A stretch of DNA of 32,000 nucleotides from Candidatus Saccharimonadota bacterium (GCA_041942055.1 CP145874.1:420001-452000), one strand, 5' to 3'. Shown: positions 1 to 11,049, counted from the stretch's first letter. Notes: generated by a model not told the origin, from the letters alone. Program-made: numbers and translations.

Positions 1-2146
1 TAATTTCTCCAGTCATTGCTACATCCGCACGAACCGGATTTTCTGTTAAACAAGATACTAATACAGTACACATAGAAACACCCGCACTGGGTCCATCTTT
101 GGGTGTTGCACCATCAGGGACGTGTATATGGATATCATTGGTTTCATGAAAATTATGCTTAATACCCAGCTTATTTGCTAAGGTTCTTACTACTGTTATA
201 GCTGCTTGGATAGATTCTCGCATTACTTCTCCTAATGAACCGGTATAATAGAATTTTCCTTTTCCTGGAAGACAAGAACTTTCAATTCTTAACACTTCTC
301 CTCCATTTTCTGTCCAAGCCAGACCAGAAACTTGACCAATACTATTTTGACTCAAAGCTTTACCATACTCTAAACGTTGAATACCCAAATAGTATTCAAG
401 ATTATCTTTTTTTACTTCTATAGATTTTATAGTTGTATCCATAAGTATAATTTTTACAACCTTACGACATAATTTTGCCAATTCTCGTTCAAGATTACGT
501 ACTCCTGCTTCGAAAGTATAGAAACGAATAATATTTAGAATAGCTTGTTCATCCACAAGGATTTCATTTCTTTTTAAGGCATTCCGCTTGATCTGTTTTG
601 GTAGTAAATAACGATTAGCTATATTTAACTTTTCGTCTTCTGTATATCCAGGAATCCGAATGACTTCCATACGATCTAATAGAGGATGAGGAATCTTCAT
701 AGAATTAGAAGTAGCAATAAACATTACATCGGATAAATCATAATCTACTTCTAGATAATGATCATTAAATGCATGATTTTGTTCAGGATCCAAAACTTCT
801 AATAAAGCAGCAGCAGGATCTCCTCGAAAATCCGATGACATTTTATCTATTTCGTCTAATAAAAATAAGGGATTTTTTACACCTATTTTGGCCATTTTCT
901 GAATTAATTTGCCTGGCATTGAGCCAATATAGGTACGACGATGTCCTCTGATTTCTGCTTCGTCACGTATTCCGCCCAAAGCCATACGAACATATTTACG
1001 TCCAGTAGCTTTTGAGATTGATTTGGCGAGAGATGTTTTACCTACTCCAGGAGGACCTACGAGACAAAGGATAGGACCTTTATTTTTACTTATACGATTT
1101 TGAACGGCTAGATACTCAAGAATTCTTTCTTTTACATTATCTAAACCAAAATGATCATTATCCAATCTTTCTTTGGCCTTCGGAAGATTTTTTTGAATTT
1201 TAGTACGAGCAGACCAAGGAACTTGAAACATCCACTCAAGATAATTCCGTATAACTGTTGCTTCTGAGGACATTGGAGACATCATTTTTAATCTTTGTAG
1301 TTCAGATTCAGTTTTTTTGCGTGCTTCCAGAGGCATCTTAGCATCTAGGATTTTTCTTTTTAAAACTTCATTTTCATCATCCTCATCAGGAGCTGATTCT
1401 TCATCTATTTCCCCCAGCTCTTTTTTAATTGCTTTTATTTGCTCATGTAGATAATACTCTCGCTGACTTTTTTCCATTTGTTTTTTTACACGGTGGTGTA
1501 TGCTTTCCTCGAGCAGTAATAAATCCATTTCTACTTCCAACATTGCTATTAAACCTTCTAGTCGTTCATTAACATTAGCTATTTCTAGTAAGGACTGTTT
1601 GTCAGTAGTTTTTAGAGGAATATGAGCAGCTACTATATCCCCAAGATGTGCAGCATTGTGAATATTCTCTAATACTGTTAAAATTTCCAGAGGAATTTTT
1701 TTATATAATTGAAGATATCCTTCAAATTGATTAAGAGTAGCACGCCTCAATAATTCCTGTTTTCGCTTATCACTTCTTGAAGAAAGAACATATTGGATTT
1801 TAGCCATAAAAGATTCTTCACCATCATCACTCAACTCAGTAATGCGAGCTCTTCTTAAACCTTTAACCAAAATTTTTCTGGTCCCATCTGAGAGCTTTAA
1901 AACATGCAGAATTGAGGCAACGGTTCCAATTCTAAAGATATTCTCAGTGTCCGATTCATCTTCTCGAAAAAATTCTTTTTGTGTTACTAACAGAATTTTT
2001 TTACCTTGATTCATTGCTACCTCAATACATTTAATCGATTGTTGACGAGCAAGGAATAATGGAATCACCATATGCGGATAAACTACAACATTACGCAGCG
2101 GTAACACAGGGATTATTATAATGCGTTCCGAATACTTACGGTTCAT
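1..2146 (-). CDS. lon: ATP-dependent Lon protease (C-terminal ~70 aa lie beyond the window edge)
   Basis: The minus-strand frame is open from the ATG (complement of 2144-2146) to position 2. My translation begins MNRKYSERIIIIPVLPLR. It contains Walker A LVGPPGVGK (~1038-1066) and the catalytic-Ser motif PDGATPKDGPSAGV (~80-120), and ends ..PVRADVAMTGEI. It is missing from the ORF track only because it runs off the edge. It follows clpX as in E. coli. Confidence 0.93.
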   Translation of the reverse strand, partial: MNRKYSERIIIIPVLPLRNVVVYPHMVIPLFLARQQSIKCIEVAMNQGKKILLVTQKEFFREDESDTENIFRIGTVASILHVLKLSDGTRKILVKGLRRARITELSDDGEESFMAKIQYVLSSRSDKRKQELLRRATLNQFEGYLQLYKKIPLEILTVLENIHNAAHLGDIVAAHIPLKTTDKQSLLEIANVNERLEGLIAMLEVEMDLLLLEESIHHRVKKQMEKSQREYYLHEQIKAIKKELGEIDEESAPDEDDENEVLKRKILDAKMPLEARKKTESELQRLKMMSPMSSEATVIRNYLEWMFQVPWSARTKIQKNLPKAKERLDNDHFGLDNVKERILEYLAVQNRISKNKGPILCLVGPPGVGKTSLAKSISKATGRKYVRMALGGIRDEAEIRGHRRTYIGSMPGKLIQKMAKIGVKNPLFLLDEIDKMSSDFRGDPAAALLEVLDPEQNHAFNDHYLEVDYDLSDVMFIATSNSMKIPHPLLDRMEVIRIPGYTEDEKLNIANRYLLPKQIKRNALKRNEILVDEQAILNIIRFYTFEAGVRNLERELAKLCRKVVKIILMDTTIKSIEVKKDNLEYYLGIQRLEYGKALSQNSIGQVSGLAWTENGGEVLRIESSCLPGKGKFYYTGSLGEVMRESIQAAITVVRTLANKLGIKHNFHETNDIHIHVPDGATPKDGPSAGVSMCTVLVSCLTENPVRADVAMTGEI

Positions 2147-2287
2147 AATATAGCTCTCTCTTAGTTGATTTGGCCGCTAGGATGTTATTTATTCAAATAT
2201 AATATGAAGCATATATTGTATATATATAATTCATCTATATTTTACACCTTAGGTGATGAAAAAAATAAATACAATTAAAAAGAAGAA

Positions 2288-3553
2288 TTACTCGCCAGAG
2301 GCTTGTTGCTTTTTAACAAGTATAGGAACAGTTTGTCCTTCAATAACTGATTTATCAATCACAATTTTTTCAATATTTGTCATGGATGGTAAATCATACA
2401 TAGTATGAAGTAAGACGTTTTCAATAATAGAACGTAAACCCCGTGCTCCAGTTTTACGTAATATGGCTTTTTGGGCAATAGATGCTAAAGCTTCATCACT
2501 AAATTCTAAAATTACACCTTCCATATTAAATAATGCTTGATATTGTTTAGTAAGTGCATTTTTAGGTTCCTTTAAGATCTTAATTAGAGATTCCTCATTT
2601 AATTCGCTTAGAGTAGTAACTACAGGAAGACGACCAATAAATTCTGGAATTAATCCAAACTTGATTAAGTCTTCTGGTTCTACTTGTTCTAATAACTCAT
2701 TTTCAGACAATTTTTCATCATATTTTTTGATTATCGCTCCAAAACCAATTCCAGAGCTTGAACTGGCTTCAACACGTCGAGCAATCATTTTTTCTAGGCC
2801 TGTAAATGCACCACCACAGATAAATAGAATATTAGAAGTATTAACTTGCAAAAATTCCTGTTGCGGATGTTTACGCCCCCCTTGTGGTGGTACAGCAGCC
2901 ACTGTACCCTCTATTAATTTTAAGAGAGCTTGTTGAACCCCTTCTCCCGAGACATCTCTAGTAATAGATGGATTATCTGATTTTCGGGAAATTTTATCAA
3001 TTTCATCAATATAAACAATACCACATTGTGCCTGTTTCACATCATAATTACATTTTTGTAATAATCTTTGGATTACATTCTCAACATCCTCCCCTACATA
3101 CCCTGCTTCAGTTAACGTAGTTGCATCTGCAATAGCAAATGGTACCTGCAATATTCGTGCAAGTGTTTCAGCTAAAAGCGTTTTTCCACTTCCTGTAGGA
3201 CCAATTAATAATATATTACTCTTTCCTAAGTCAATTTCATTAGTAATCAATAAACGTTTATAGTGATTATATACAGCAACTGCTAGCACTTTTTTAGTTT
3301 TTTCATGACCGATAACATAAGAATCCAGATGCTTACGAATTGTATGTGGAGTTGGTAAGGTTTTTTTTCCTTCATCGTGCGTTGTTACTTCTTTTATTTC
3401 TTTGATAACTATATCGTTACATAACTTAACACATTTATCGCAGATACTTATAGAATTTCCGGCTATTATTTTATGTACTTGATATTGGCTTTTTCCACAA
3501 AAAATACAGCAGTACAGTTCTGAACTGTTTCTGTCTGTGCGATTATCTATCAT
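2288..3553 (-). CDS. clpX: ATP-dependent Clp protease ATP-binding subunit ClpX
   Basis: 421-aa ORF. It has the N-terminal zinc finger CxxC..CxxC ([18 protein letters not shown]), Walker A GPTGSGKT and the C-terminal QQASGE. It is near-colinear with E. coli ClpX. Confidence 0.97.
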   Translation of the reverse strand: MIDNRTDRNSSELYCCIFCGKSQYQVHKIIAGNSISICDKCVKLCNDIVIKEIKEVTTHDEGKKTLPTPHTIRKHLDSYVIGHEKTKKVLAVAVYNHYKRLLITNEIDLGKSNILLIGPTGSGKTLLAETLARILQVPFAIADATTLTEAGYVGEDVENVIQRLLQKCNYDVKQAQCGIVYIDEIDKISRKSDNPSITRDVSGEGVQQALLKLIEGTVAAVPPQGGRKHPQQEFLQVNTSNILFICGGAFTGLEKMIARRVEASSSSGIGFGAIIKKYDEKLSENELLEQVEPEDLIKFGLIPEFIGRLPVVTTLSELNEESLIKILKEPKNALTKQYQALFNMEGVILEFSDEALASIAQKAILRKTGARGLRSIIENVLLHTMYDLPSMTNIEKIVIDKSVIEGQTVPILVKKQQASGE

Positions 3554-3604
3554 TAGTGAACCTCTTTACTTTATAATTCGCAATTATTCCTTACTTCAAT
3601 AGTA

Positions 3605-4234
3605 TTACTCTCGATTAGTAAGTATCGAATCAACTAAACCATATTCTACTGCTTCATTAGCAGATAGAAAATAGTCTCTTTCTGTATCTTTTTCTATTAC
3701 TTCAAGGGGTTGTGCGGTATGATGAGCCATCAGCTGATTTATTCGATTCTTTATTCTTAAAATTTCGCGAGTATGTATTTCTATATCCGTGGCTTGTCCA
3801 CGATAGGCACCTAGTGGCTGATGAATCATAACACGCGAATTAGGTAAACAAAATCGTTTACCTTTAGCACCCGCTGTAAGTAAAAATGCACCCATAGAGG
3901 CTGCTAATCCTATACAGATAGTACTAATATCTGGTTTAATAAATTGCATGGTATCATAAATTGACATACCTGCAGTAATAATTCCTCCTGGTGAGTTTAT
4001 ATACAAATATATGTCTTCATCAGGATTTTCAGCTTCTAAAAATAATAATTGTGCGACGATTAAATTCGCTGTATAGTCTTCAACATGACCTGTCAAGAAA
4101 ATTATACGCTCTTTAAGGAGACGAGAATATATGTCGTATGCTCGCTCACCTCTCGAGTTCTGTTCAATGACCATTGGTACAAACATCATTTTTGATACTA
4201 TTTCTGGTTCTCCACCAGAGCTTTTATATGACAT
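3605..4234 (-). CDS. clpP: ATP-dependent Clp protease proteolytic subunit ClpP
   Basis: 209-aa ORF. It contains [29 protein letters not shown] and the Ser-His-Asp triad contexts AASMGAF, MIHQP and TERD. Confidence 0.97.
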   Translation of the reverse strand: MSYKSSGGEPEIVSKMMFVPMVIEQNSRGERAYDIYSRLLKERIIFLTGHVEDYTANLIVAQLLFLEAENPDEDIYLYINSPGGIITAGMSIYDTMQFIKPDISTICIGLAASMGAFLLTAGAKGKRFCLPNSRVMIHQPLGAYRGQATDIEIHTREILRIKNRINQLMAHHTAQPLEVIEKDTERDYFLSANEAVEYGLVDSILTNRE

Positions 4235-4261
4235 ATTTTATCTCTTTTTTACAGTAACTAA

Positions 4262-5503
4262 TTAAATCAAGTATTGTTCATATTTTACTATCATTTTTCT
4301 TAAATCCTGAAAGGGGATTTTTTCTTCGGTAATTACGCACTGATTCATAATTAGTTCTACTGCCATATCTTCTAATACTAACTTATGAATAGTTTTCATC
4401 GTTTCATTATTTTTACGAAAATATTTTCTTAATGATTGAATACGTCGTTCTTCTACTTGAAGTTTATTAATACGGATTACTTCATTTAATAATAAGCCTA
4501 AAGTCACACGATTCTTGGCTTGTTTTTCTAAAAGGCTATGTGGAAATAATTTTTTAATACCAGATGGTTGAAACGAATTTTTCAATTCGGTTTCTAAAAG
4601 TGAAATAGGAACTTCAATTTTATTATTCATTAACAATCCATGAAATATCTGTAATTTAATAAAATGACGTACTGTATTCTTAAGTTCTCGTTGCATATTT
4701 TTTCGTATTTCATCACGTAATTTTACTATAGATCCTTCAGTTTCCGGTACTCCTAAATGTTTTATTAATTCTTCATTGAGTTCTGGTACTTGACATTCTT
4801 CTATTTTTTTCAAAACAATACTAAATTTAGTAGTAATAATTTGATTTGTTTCTTCATCAGGAAAATTTAATTCAACTATAAAATTCTCCCCAATTTTATG
4901 ACCAAGAATTTTTTGGTCCAAGTCAAAATCCATAGATTTCGGTTCTATAATTAAAATTAGCGAGTGAATTTTATTAATTTCATCGTTTTCCAAATTTATT
5001 AATTCTATAGTTACACGATCCCAAAATTTTACTGGACGATTAACAGTGTTCCAAACTCCTTGTCGTCTACAAAGCTCAACAAGCATATTATCTACATCTT
5101 GTTTATTTACTTCAACCATTGGTTTTTTCACTTTAATACAATCAAATTCTTTCAATTTAATTTCAGGATAAATGTCAAATTCTATAACATAGGTAAAATC
5201 ATTGCCTTCTTTATATTCCCAGGGAATGTAATTCACTTTTCCAACAGGAACCAGGTTGTTTTGATTCATTATTGTAATTAATTTTTCTTGCATAAGATCA
5301 GTTAAGACCTCATGAAGTATAGACATACCATAACGTTGGGATACTATTTTCAGGGGCACTTTACCTTGACGAAATCCATCAAGACGAACTTTTTGAGCAA
5401 CATGGATTAATTTGGTTTGAACCAGATTTTTAATTTCCTCTGCAGGAATAGTAATTTTTATTCTACGTCCAAGATTATTAGTTTTTTCGACTGAAACTTG
5501 CAT
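4262..5503 (-). CDS. tig: Trigger factor
   Basis: 413-aa ORF beginning MQVSVEKTNNLGRRIKITIP, colinear with E. coli Tig (about 19 aa shorter at the C-terminus). A GAGGT Shine-Dalgarno lies 8 nt upstream. It sits upstream of clpP as in E. coli. Confidence 0.93.
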   Translation of the reverse strand: MQVSVEKTNNLGRRIKITIPAEEIKNLVQTKLIHVAQKVRLDGFRQGKVPLKIVSQRYGMSILHEVLTDLMQEKLITIMNQNNLVPVGKVNYIPWEYKEGNDFTYVIEFDIYPEIKLKEFDCIKVKKPMVEVNKQDVDNMLVELCRRQGVWNTVNRPVKFWDRVTIELINLENDEINKIHSLILIIEPKSMDFDLDQKILGHKIGENFIVELNFPDEETNQIITTKFSIVLKKIEECQVPELNEELIKHLGVPETEGSIVKLRDEIRKNMQRELKNTVRHFIKLQIFHGLLMNNKIEVPISLLETELKNSFQPSGIKKLFPHSLLEKQAKNRVTLGLLLNEVIRINKLQVEERRIQSLRKYFRKNNETMKTIHKLVLEDMAVELIMNQCVITEEKIPFQDLRKMIVKYEQYLI

Positions 5504-5694
5504 CTATCTTCTTACCTCAAAAATTTAGAGATTTTATTTAATGAGTGGTTTTTTAGTTTATAGAAAAAGATTAAACCATTATAATATTTACAAATAATCA
5601 TGAATAATAAATACATACATTAATAACATAACTCTTTATAATGAGTCGATAATGAATTTTTTAATTAGTGATTATTAGAAATGAACTAACTGTA

Positions 5695-5723
5695 TTTACA
5701 GTATTAATACCTTCTATTACAAT
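5695..5723 (+). promoter_or_regulatory. Candidate sigma70 promoter for cyoABCD (TTTACA-17 bp-TACAAT)
   Basis: -35 TTTACA at 5695-5700, a 17-bp spacer, and -10 TACAAT at 5718-5723, about 40 nt upstream of the cyoA ATG. Hexamer matches are common by chance in AT-rich DNA. Confidence 0.3.
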
Positions 5724-5763
5724 ATAAAATAAGATTTGCATGCTAGCAGAGCAGAGGTATTAA

Positions 5764-6681
5764 ATGGAGTCAAATAAATTATTAAAAAAAATGTTTAGGA
5801 GATTATATTTATTTACGATTGTCATCTTATTAAATAGTTGTGACATAGTTTTATTAAATCCTAAAGGAAGAATTGGTATAGAGCAACGTACACTAATATT
5901 AATAGCGCTAGGTTTAATGTTATTAGTTGTAATTCCTGCTATTATAATGGCTATTGTATTTCCATTAAAATACCGACATACTAATATTAATGCTCAATAT
6001 AGTCCTAATTGGTCTCATTCGTATAAAATTGAGGCTATAATTTGGCTAGTTCCGATTTTGATTATTATTTGTCTTGGAATTCTCACTTGGAAAAGTTCTA
6101 TTGATTTAGAACCAAAAAAACCTCTAGTGTCTCCTATTGCTCCTTTAAAAATTGAAGTAGTATCAATGGATTGGAAATGGTTATTTATTTATCCAAAGCA
6201 AGGAATAGCATCAGTAAACCAAATAGCTTTTCCAATCAAAACTCCAATTGAATTTAAAATTACCTCTTATTCTGTCATGAATTCTTTTTTTATTCCTTCT
6301 TTAGGAAGTCAAATATATGCTATGCCTGGAATGCAAACTAAACTAAATCTAATTGCAAATAAATCAGGTACTTATCGAGGTATATCCTCTGCATATAGTG
6401 GTAGGGGTTTTTCTAATATGAAATTTGCTGTTATTGCAACACCAGATGTAGCGTCTTTTTATAAGTGGATAGCTAAAGCCAAACATGCAAACGCTACCTT
6501 GAATATGAAATCTTTAGAAAAGCTACTAGCTGTACCTACTATAAACAATCACGTAGAATTTTTTTCTAACATTAAGCAAAATTTATTTAACAACATTATA
6601 AAGAAGTTGAAATATAAAGATAGCGCTCGTGCCTCATCACATTTTAAACCTAATAAACCACTGGTAGTTATAAGATCATGA
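5764..6681 (+). CDS. cyoA: Cytochrome bo3 ubiquinol oxidase subunit II
   Basis: 305-aa ORF with a lipobox LLNSC and the motifs YSPNWSHS and [22 protein letters not shown], matching E. coli CyoA. An AGAGG Shine-Dalgarno lies 6 nt upstream. Confidence 0.95.
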   Translation: MESNKLLKKMFRRLYLFTIVILLNSCDIVLLNPKGRIGIEQRTLILIALGLMLLVVIPAIIMAIVFPLKYRHTNINAQYSPNWSHSYKIEAIIWLVPILIIICLGILTWKSSIDLEPKKPLVSPIAPLKIEVVSMDWKWLFIYPKQGIASVNQIAFPIKTPIEFKITSYSVMNSFFIPSLGSQIYAMPGMQTKLNLIANKSGTYRGISSAYSGRGFSNMKFAVIATPDVASFYKWIAKAKHANATLNMKSLEKLLAVPTINNHVEFFSNIKQNLFNNIIKKLKYKDSARASSHFKPNKPLVVIRS

Positions 6682-6716
6682 GGTTGTAAGATAATATACT
6701 TAAGGAATTAATTTAT

Positions 6717-8711
6717 ATGTTTGGAAAATTAACAATCAATGCTATTCCATATAATGAACCTATTATTCTAGGCACTCTGGTTACTATTTTTATTATAGGA
6801 TTTATTATACTAACTACCATAACATATATGGGAAAATGGAAGTATTTATGGAATGAGTGGTTAACTTCAGTAGATCATAAAAGATTAGGAATTATGTACA
6901 TGATTCTTGGATTAGTTATGATGATTCGAGGCTTTGCTGATGCTATTATGATGCGTAGTCAGCAGGCGATCGCATCAGCAGGACAACCAGGATTTTTACC
7001 TCCTTACCACTATGATCAAATATTTACAGCTCATGGTGTCATTATGATTTTTTTTGTAGCAACACCGTTAATTATCGGTTTAATGAACTTTATAGTACCT
7101 TTACAAATTGGTGCACGTGATGTTGCTTTTCCTTTTCTTAATAATTTAAGTTTTTGGCTTACCGTTGCTGGAGCACTTTTAGTAAATATTTCATTAGGAA
7201 TAGGAGAATTTGCTCAGGTAGGATGGGTAGCTTATCCCCCACTGTCTGGTATTGAGTATAGTCCAGGTGTAGGAGTTGATTATTGGATTTGGAGTTTACA
7301 AATTTCTGGAATTGGTACCCTACTAACAGGGATTAATTTTTTAGTTACTATTCTTAAAATGCGAGCTCCAGGTATGAATTTATTTAAAATGCCAGTATTT
7401 ACATGGACTGCTTTGTGTTCTAATATATTAATTATTATGGCATTTCCCATATTAACTGTAACTATTGGATTGCTCACCATAGATCGTTACTTAAATACCC
7501 ATTTTTTTACAAACGATATGGGTGGTAATATGATGATGTATATAAATCTTATATGGGCATGGGGGCATCCAGAAGTATACATCTTAGTATTGCCTGTATT
7601 TGGTATTTATTCAGAGATAGTAGCAACTTTTTCTAAAAAAATGCTTTTCGGTTATACATCCCTTATTTGGGCAACTATTGTTATCACAATACTTTCATTT
7701 ATTGTATGGTTACACCATTTTTTTACTATGGGAGCAGGATCGAATGTGAATGCTTTTTTTGGAATTAGCACCATGATTATTGCTATTCCAACCGGTGTGA
7801 AAATTTTTAACTGGCTATTCACTATGTATGAAGGACGTGTTCAATTAACTTCTCCTATGCTGTGGACCATAGGTTTTATTATAATCTTTTCCATTGGAGG
7901 AATGGCAGGAGTATTATTAGCTATTCCTGGAGCCGATTTTGTACTACATAACAGTCTTTTTTTAATAGCACATTTTCATAGTGTCATTATCGGGGGGGTA
8001 GTTTTTGGATGTTTCGCGGGATTAAATTACTGGTTTCCTAAAGCTTTTGGATTTCTATTAAATGAAAAGTGGGGTAAACGTTCTTTTTTCTTTTGGTTTA
8101 TTGGTTTTTTCTTTGCTTTTATGCCGTTGTATATACTAGGATTAATGGGAATGACACGTCGTCTGAGTCAAAATATTGATCCTCAATTTCATTTTTTATT
8201 AGTGGTTGCGGCTTTTGGAACTCTAATCATTGCACTTGGCATCGTCTGTTTTTTAATACAAATATATACTTCTATTATTGATCGCAATAAAAATCGGGAT
8301 CTTTCTGGTGATCCTTGGGATGGACGTACTCTAGAATGGTCAACATCTTCACCTCCTCCTTTTTATAATTTTGCTATAATACCCGAAGTAGAAGAACGTG
8401 ATGCCTTTTGGGATATCAAACAGAAACATCGATGTATTGAATACAAATCAAACGATTATAAAGACATCCATATGCCAAAAAATAGTAGCGCAGGAATTGT
8501 GATTGCTACTTTTAGTGTACTGTTTGGTTTTGCCATGGTTTGGTATATATGGTGGTTAGCTGGAATAAGTTTTTTGGGCATAATTATATCATGGATCATG
8601 AATAGTTTTGATGAAAAAAATCATTATTATGTTCCTATAAGCGAAATTATACAAATTGAAAATCAACATATTGAACAAAGGAAGCAGGGAGGATCTAAAA
8701 ATGTCAATTAA
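6717..8711 (+). CDS. cyoB: Cytochrome bo3 ubiquinol oxidase subunit I
   Basis: 664-aa ORF (E. coli CyoB is 663 aa). It is a heme-copper oxidase subunit I with [14 protein letters not shown] and [11 protein letters not shown]. Confidence 0.97.
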   Translation: MFGKLTINAIPYNEPIILGTLVTIFIIGFIILTTITYMGKWKYLWNEWLTSVDHKRLGIMYMILGLVMMIRGFADAIMMRSQQAIASAGQPGFLPPYHYDQIFTAHGVIMIFFVATPLIIGLMNFIVPLQIGARDVAFPFLNNLSFWLTVAGALLVNISLGIGEFAQVGWVAYPPLSGIEYSPGVGVDYWIWSLQISGIGTLLTGINFLVTILKMRAPGMNLFKMPVFTWTALCSNILIIMAFPILTVTIGLLTIDRYLNTHFFTNDMGGNMMMYINLIWAWGHPEVYILVLPVFGIYSEIVATFSKKMLFGYTSLIWATIVITILSFIVWLHHFFTMGAGSNVNAFFGISTMIIAIPTGVKIFNWLFTMYEGRVQLTSPMLWTIGFIIIFSIGGMAGVLLAIPGADFVLHNSLFLIAHFHSVIIGGVVFGCFAGLNYWFPKAFGFLLNEKWGKRSFFFWFIGFFFAFMPLYILGLMGMTRRLSQNIDPQFHFLLVVAAFGTLIIALGIVCFLIQIYTSIIDRNKNRDLSGDPWDGRTLEWSTSSPPPFYNFAIIPEVEERDAFWDIKQKHRCIEYKSNDYKDIHMPKNSSAGIVIATFSVLFGFAMVWYIWWLAGISFLGIIISWIMNSFDEKNHYYVPISEIIQIENQHIEQRKQGGSKNVN

Positions 8712-9300
8712 AATTAATCACCTCCTCCATATTACTGATAGTAAAAAAATTTTTGGCTTTTGGATATACTTGATGAGCGATTGTATTCTTTTTGCTTCCT
8801 TATTTGCTACTTATGCAGTTATGATGAATGGAACAGCTAACGGTCCTATAGGTAGAGAAATTTTTTCTCTACCATTGGTATTAACCGAAACTGCTTTTTT
8901 ACTGTTTAGTTCAGTAACTTATGGTATGGCGATGGTGGTTCTTCAGAAGTCGGATGATAATAACCCATATGAAGTGTTGATTTGGTTATTATTAACTTTT
9001 ATTTTAGGATGGATTTTTGTAGGAATGGAATTTTATGAATTTCATAATTTAGTTATTGAGAACTGTGGACCTAATCGCAGCGGATTTTTATCGGGTTTTT
9101 TTACGTTAGTAGGTACACATGGAATACATGTAATAGCAGGATTAATTTGGATGATAGTTTTAATGTCTCAGATAATTATAAAAAAGGGTATTACTGGGGA
9201 TGTTAGAACTAAAATGGTATGTTTAAGCTTATTTTGGCATTTCTTAGATGTGATATGGATATGCGTATTCACCATAGTATATTTACTAGGGGTTCTATAA
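8701..9300 (+). CDS. cyoC: Cytochrome bo3 ubiquinol oxidase subunit III
   Basis: The ORF-track start at 8656 is a TTG. Homology to E. coli CyoC ([16 protein letters not shown]..) begins shortly after the ATG at 8701, which has a GGGAGGA Shine-Dalgarno 7 nt upstream. It overlaps the end of cyoB by 11 nt. Confidence 0.93.
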   Translation: MSIKINHLLHITDSKKIFGFWIYLMSDCILFASLFATYAVMMNGTANGPIGREIFSLPLVLTETAFLLFSSVTYGMAMVVLQKSDDNNPYEVLIWLLLTFILGWIFVGMEFYEFHNLVIENCGPNRSGFLSGFFTLVGTHGIHVIAGLIWMIVLMSQIIIKKGITGDVRTKMVCLSLFWHFLDVIWICVFTIVYLLGVL

Positions 9301-9620
9301 TGAAAAATCATACTAATTTTAAACATTCTCATATCAAGACCTACTTAATTGGTTTTATTATGTCAATAATATTGACAATTATTCCTTTTTGGTTAGTAAT
9401 AAATAGAAAAATTTTTCCGTATACTTCAGTTTTAATTATAGTACTTACTTGTGCTATACTCCAAATAATTATTCATTTAAGATGCTTCCTACATATAGAT
9501 TACTCTATGCAACAACGTTGGAATTTATTAACTTTAATTTTTACTATAAATATAATTGCAATATTCGTGATAGGTTCTTTATGGATTATGGGGAATCTCA
9601 ATTATAATATGATGAATTAA
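9300..9620 (+). CDS. cyoD: Cytochrome bo3 ubiquinol oxidase subunit IV
   Basis: Homology to E. coli CyoD (109 aa) starts at [26 protein letters not shown] and ends WIMGNLNYNMM. The ATG at 9300 overlaps the cyoC stop (TAATG) and has an AGGGG Shine-Dalgarno 7 nt upstream. The longer ORF-track start at 9219 lies inside cyoC. Confidence 0.9.
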   Translation: MKNHTNFKHSHIKTYLIGFIMSIILTIIPFWLVINRKIFPYTSVLIIVLTCAILQIIIHLRCFLHIDYSMQQRWNLLTLIFTINIIAIFVIGSLWIMGNLNYNMMN

Positions 9621-9782
9621 TTAGAATGACTGTAAAATTCAACCAATAAAAATCGGTTTTCGATAAAAAAAATTAATCTTTAATCGTTTGATTCATGATA
9701 TACTAGAATAAATACAAAATAGTTGTTTAGCAAACTCTAACTGTATTGATGTCTATCTATTTAAATTTAAAAGGTAATATTG

Positions 9783-9995
9783 ATGTCCAAGATTAAAGGT
9801 AACGTTAAATGGTTTAATGAATCTAAAGGATTCGGTTTCATTACTCCGGAAGATGGTAGTAAGGATGTGTTTGTTCATTTTTCTGCTATCCAGAGCAATG
9901 GATTCAAAACTCTGGCTGAAGGACAGCGTGTAGAGTTTGAAATTACTAATGGCGCTAAAGGCCCTTCTGCTGCTAACGTTACTCTAGTAAGTTAA
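9783..9995 (+). CDS. cspE: Cold-shock-domain protein CspE
   Basis: [37 protein letters not shown].. is nearly identical to E. coli CspE and has the RNP1 and RNP2 motifs. The ORF-track start at 9780 is a TTG one codon upstream of the ATG. Confidence 0.95.
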   Translation: MSKIKGNVKWFNESKGFGFITPEDGSKDVFVHFSAIQSNGFKTLAEGQRVEFEITNGAKGPSAANVTLVS

Positions 9996-10006
9996 CAGTC
10001 AGGATT

Positions 10007-10034
10007 AAAAACCCGTCTATCATGTCGGGTTTTT
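10007..10034. terminator. Bidirectional intrinsic terminator between convergent cspE and lipA
   Basis: AAAAACCCG (10007-10015), a 10-nt loop, then CGGGTTTTT (10026-10034). The core is a GC stem ACCCG/CGGGT with an A-tract on one side and a T-tract on the other, so it reads as a terminator on both strands. Confidence 0.7.
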
Positions 10035-10047
10035 AATTAACTTTTTT

Positions 10048-10980
10048 TTACGTTACGTATGTAGCTTGTAAATCTGCATGATAAGAAGACCGTACTAATG
10101 GTCCACAAGCAGCATGTTGAAATCCCATTGCTATTGCTTTTTCTTTTAGGTGCAAAAATTCTTCGGGGCTGACATAACGTTTAACCGGAAAATGGTGAGG
10201 ACTTGGCTGCAGATATTGACCTATTGTTAACATGGTGACACCATGAAGTCGTAAATCTTGCATAACTTGAAGAATTTCAGAATAGGTTTCTCCTAAACCT
10301 ACCATAATACCCGATTTAGTTGGTATATTAGGATGATATTTTTTAAAATATTTTAGTAATTTTAAAGAAGAATTATAATTTGCTCCAGGACGGATTTTAC
10401 CATACATTTTTGGCACAGTTTCTAGATTATGATTGAATATATCTGGGGGCATAGTACTAAAAATTTTCAATGCATAATCTTGACATCCCCTAAAATCCGG
10501 TACTAAAATTTCAATTTTAATTTTACTATTACTCTGTTTTATTGCACGTATGCATTCAACAAAATGTTGAGCGCCCCCATCATGTAAATCATCTCTATCA
10601 ACCGAAGTAAGAACTACATAAGATAAATTCATGTCCTTAATAGTTCTTGCCAAGTTTTTTGGTTCATATACATTAAGAGGCAATGGTCGACCATGTCCTA
10701 TATTACAGAATGGGCAACGTCGCGTACAAATATCTCCTAAAATAAGAAAAGTAATTTTACCTTGATTAAAACATTCGGCAATGTTAGGACAAGAAGCTTC
10801 TTCGCAAACCGAATGTAAACCATTTTGACGTATTAATGCTTTTATACTCAATAAACGTTTAGAATCAGTCGGTAATTTTATTCTTAACCATTGGGGTTTT
10901 TTAGGATTAGGAGTGTTATTGTCTTCGGGTTCTAAGACTACTTTTTCTGTATTACGATTATTGTGTTTGATTTGTATCAT
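10048..10980 (-). CDS. lipA: Lipoyl synthase
   Basis: 310-aa ORF with the radical-SAM CTRRCPFC motif, the auxiliary cluster [12 protein letters not shown] and SSYHA near the C-terminus. Colinear with E. coli LipA. Confidence 0.96.
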   Translation of the reverse strand: MIQIKHNNRNTEKVVLEPEDNNTPNPKKPQWLRIKLPTDSKRLLSIKALIRQNGLHSVCEEASCPNIAECFNQGKITFLILGDICTRRCPFCNIGHGRPLPLNVYEPKNLARTIKDMNLSYVVLTSVDRDDLHDGGAQHFVECIRAIKQSNSKIKIEILVPDFRGCQDYALKIFSTMPPDIFNHNLETVPKMYGKIRPGANYNSSLKLLKYFKKYHPNIPTKSGIMVGLGETYSEILQVMQDLRLHGVTMLTIGQYLQPSPHHFPVKRYVSPEEFLHLKEKAIAMGFQHAACGPLVRSSYHADLQATYVT

Positions 10981-11049
10981 TATTATTACTACTTACTATA
11001 GGTATTTATAAATATATAAACAATATACAATATTTAAATCATTATTCTA

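Noticed and set aside
235-951. Plus-strand ORFs 235-423 (62 aa) and 769-951 (60 aa).
   Set aside because: Both lie entirely antisense to the clearly homologous lon reading frame. Their translations are low-complexity with no recognisable motifs. They are shadow ORFs.
2246-2256. Palindrome CACCT-T-AGGTG in the clpX-lon spacer.
   Set aside because: A 5+1+5 dyad cannot form a stable hairpin (1-nt loop). It is expected by chance, and I do not recognise it as a known operator.
2661-2936. Plus-strand 91-aa ORF inside clpX.
   Set aside because: It is antisense to the most conserved part of ClpX (the AAA+ core). The lack of stops is explained by codon constraints on the opposite strand.
5060-5281. 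Plus-strand 73-aa ORF inside tig, and likewise minus-strand 7280-7480 inside cyoB.
   Set aside because: Both are antisense shadow ORFs within well-supported genes. Their peptides are Phe/Ile/Asn-rich with no signal.
8656-8700. The ORF-track 5' extensions of cyoC (8656), cyoD (9219), cspE (9780), miaB (17161), glnS (17542), ybfF (20664), sdhC (22357), sdhA (23051) and sdhB (24834).
   Set aside because: Several start at TTG. All add residues with no counterpart in the E. coli orthologues, and most overlap the preceding gene. Downstream ATGs that match the orthologue N-termini, usually with a Shine-Dalgarno or a stop/start overlap, were preferred.
9652-9664. Hairpin ATCG-GTTTT-CGAT after cyoD, considered as a possible cyo terminator.
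   Set aside because: The stem is only 4 bp. On the cyo strand it is followed by A8 rather than a U-tract, and no gene on the other strand would use it.
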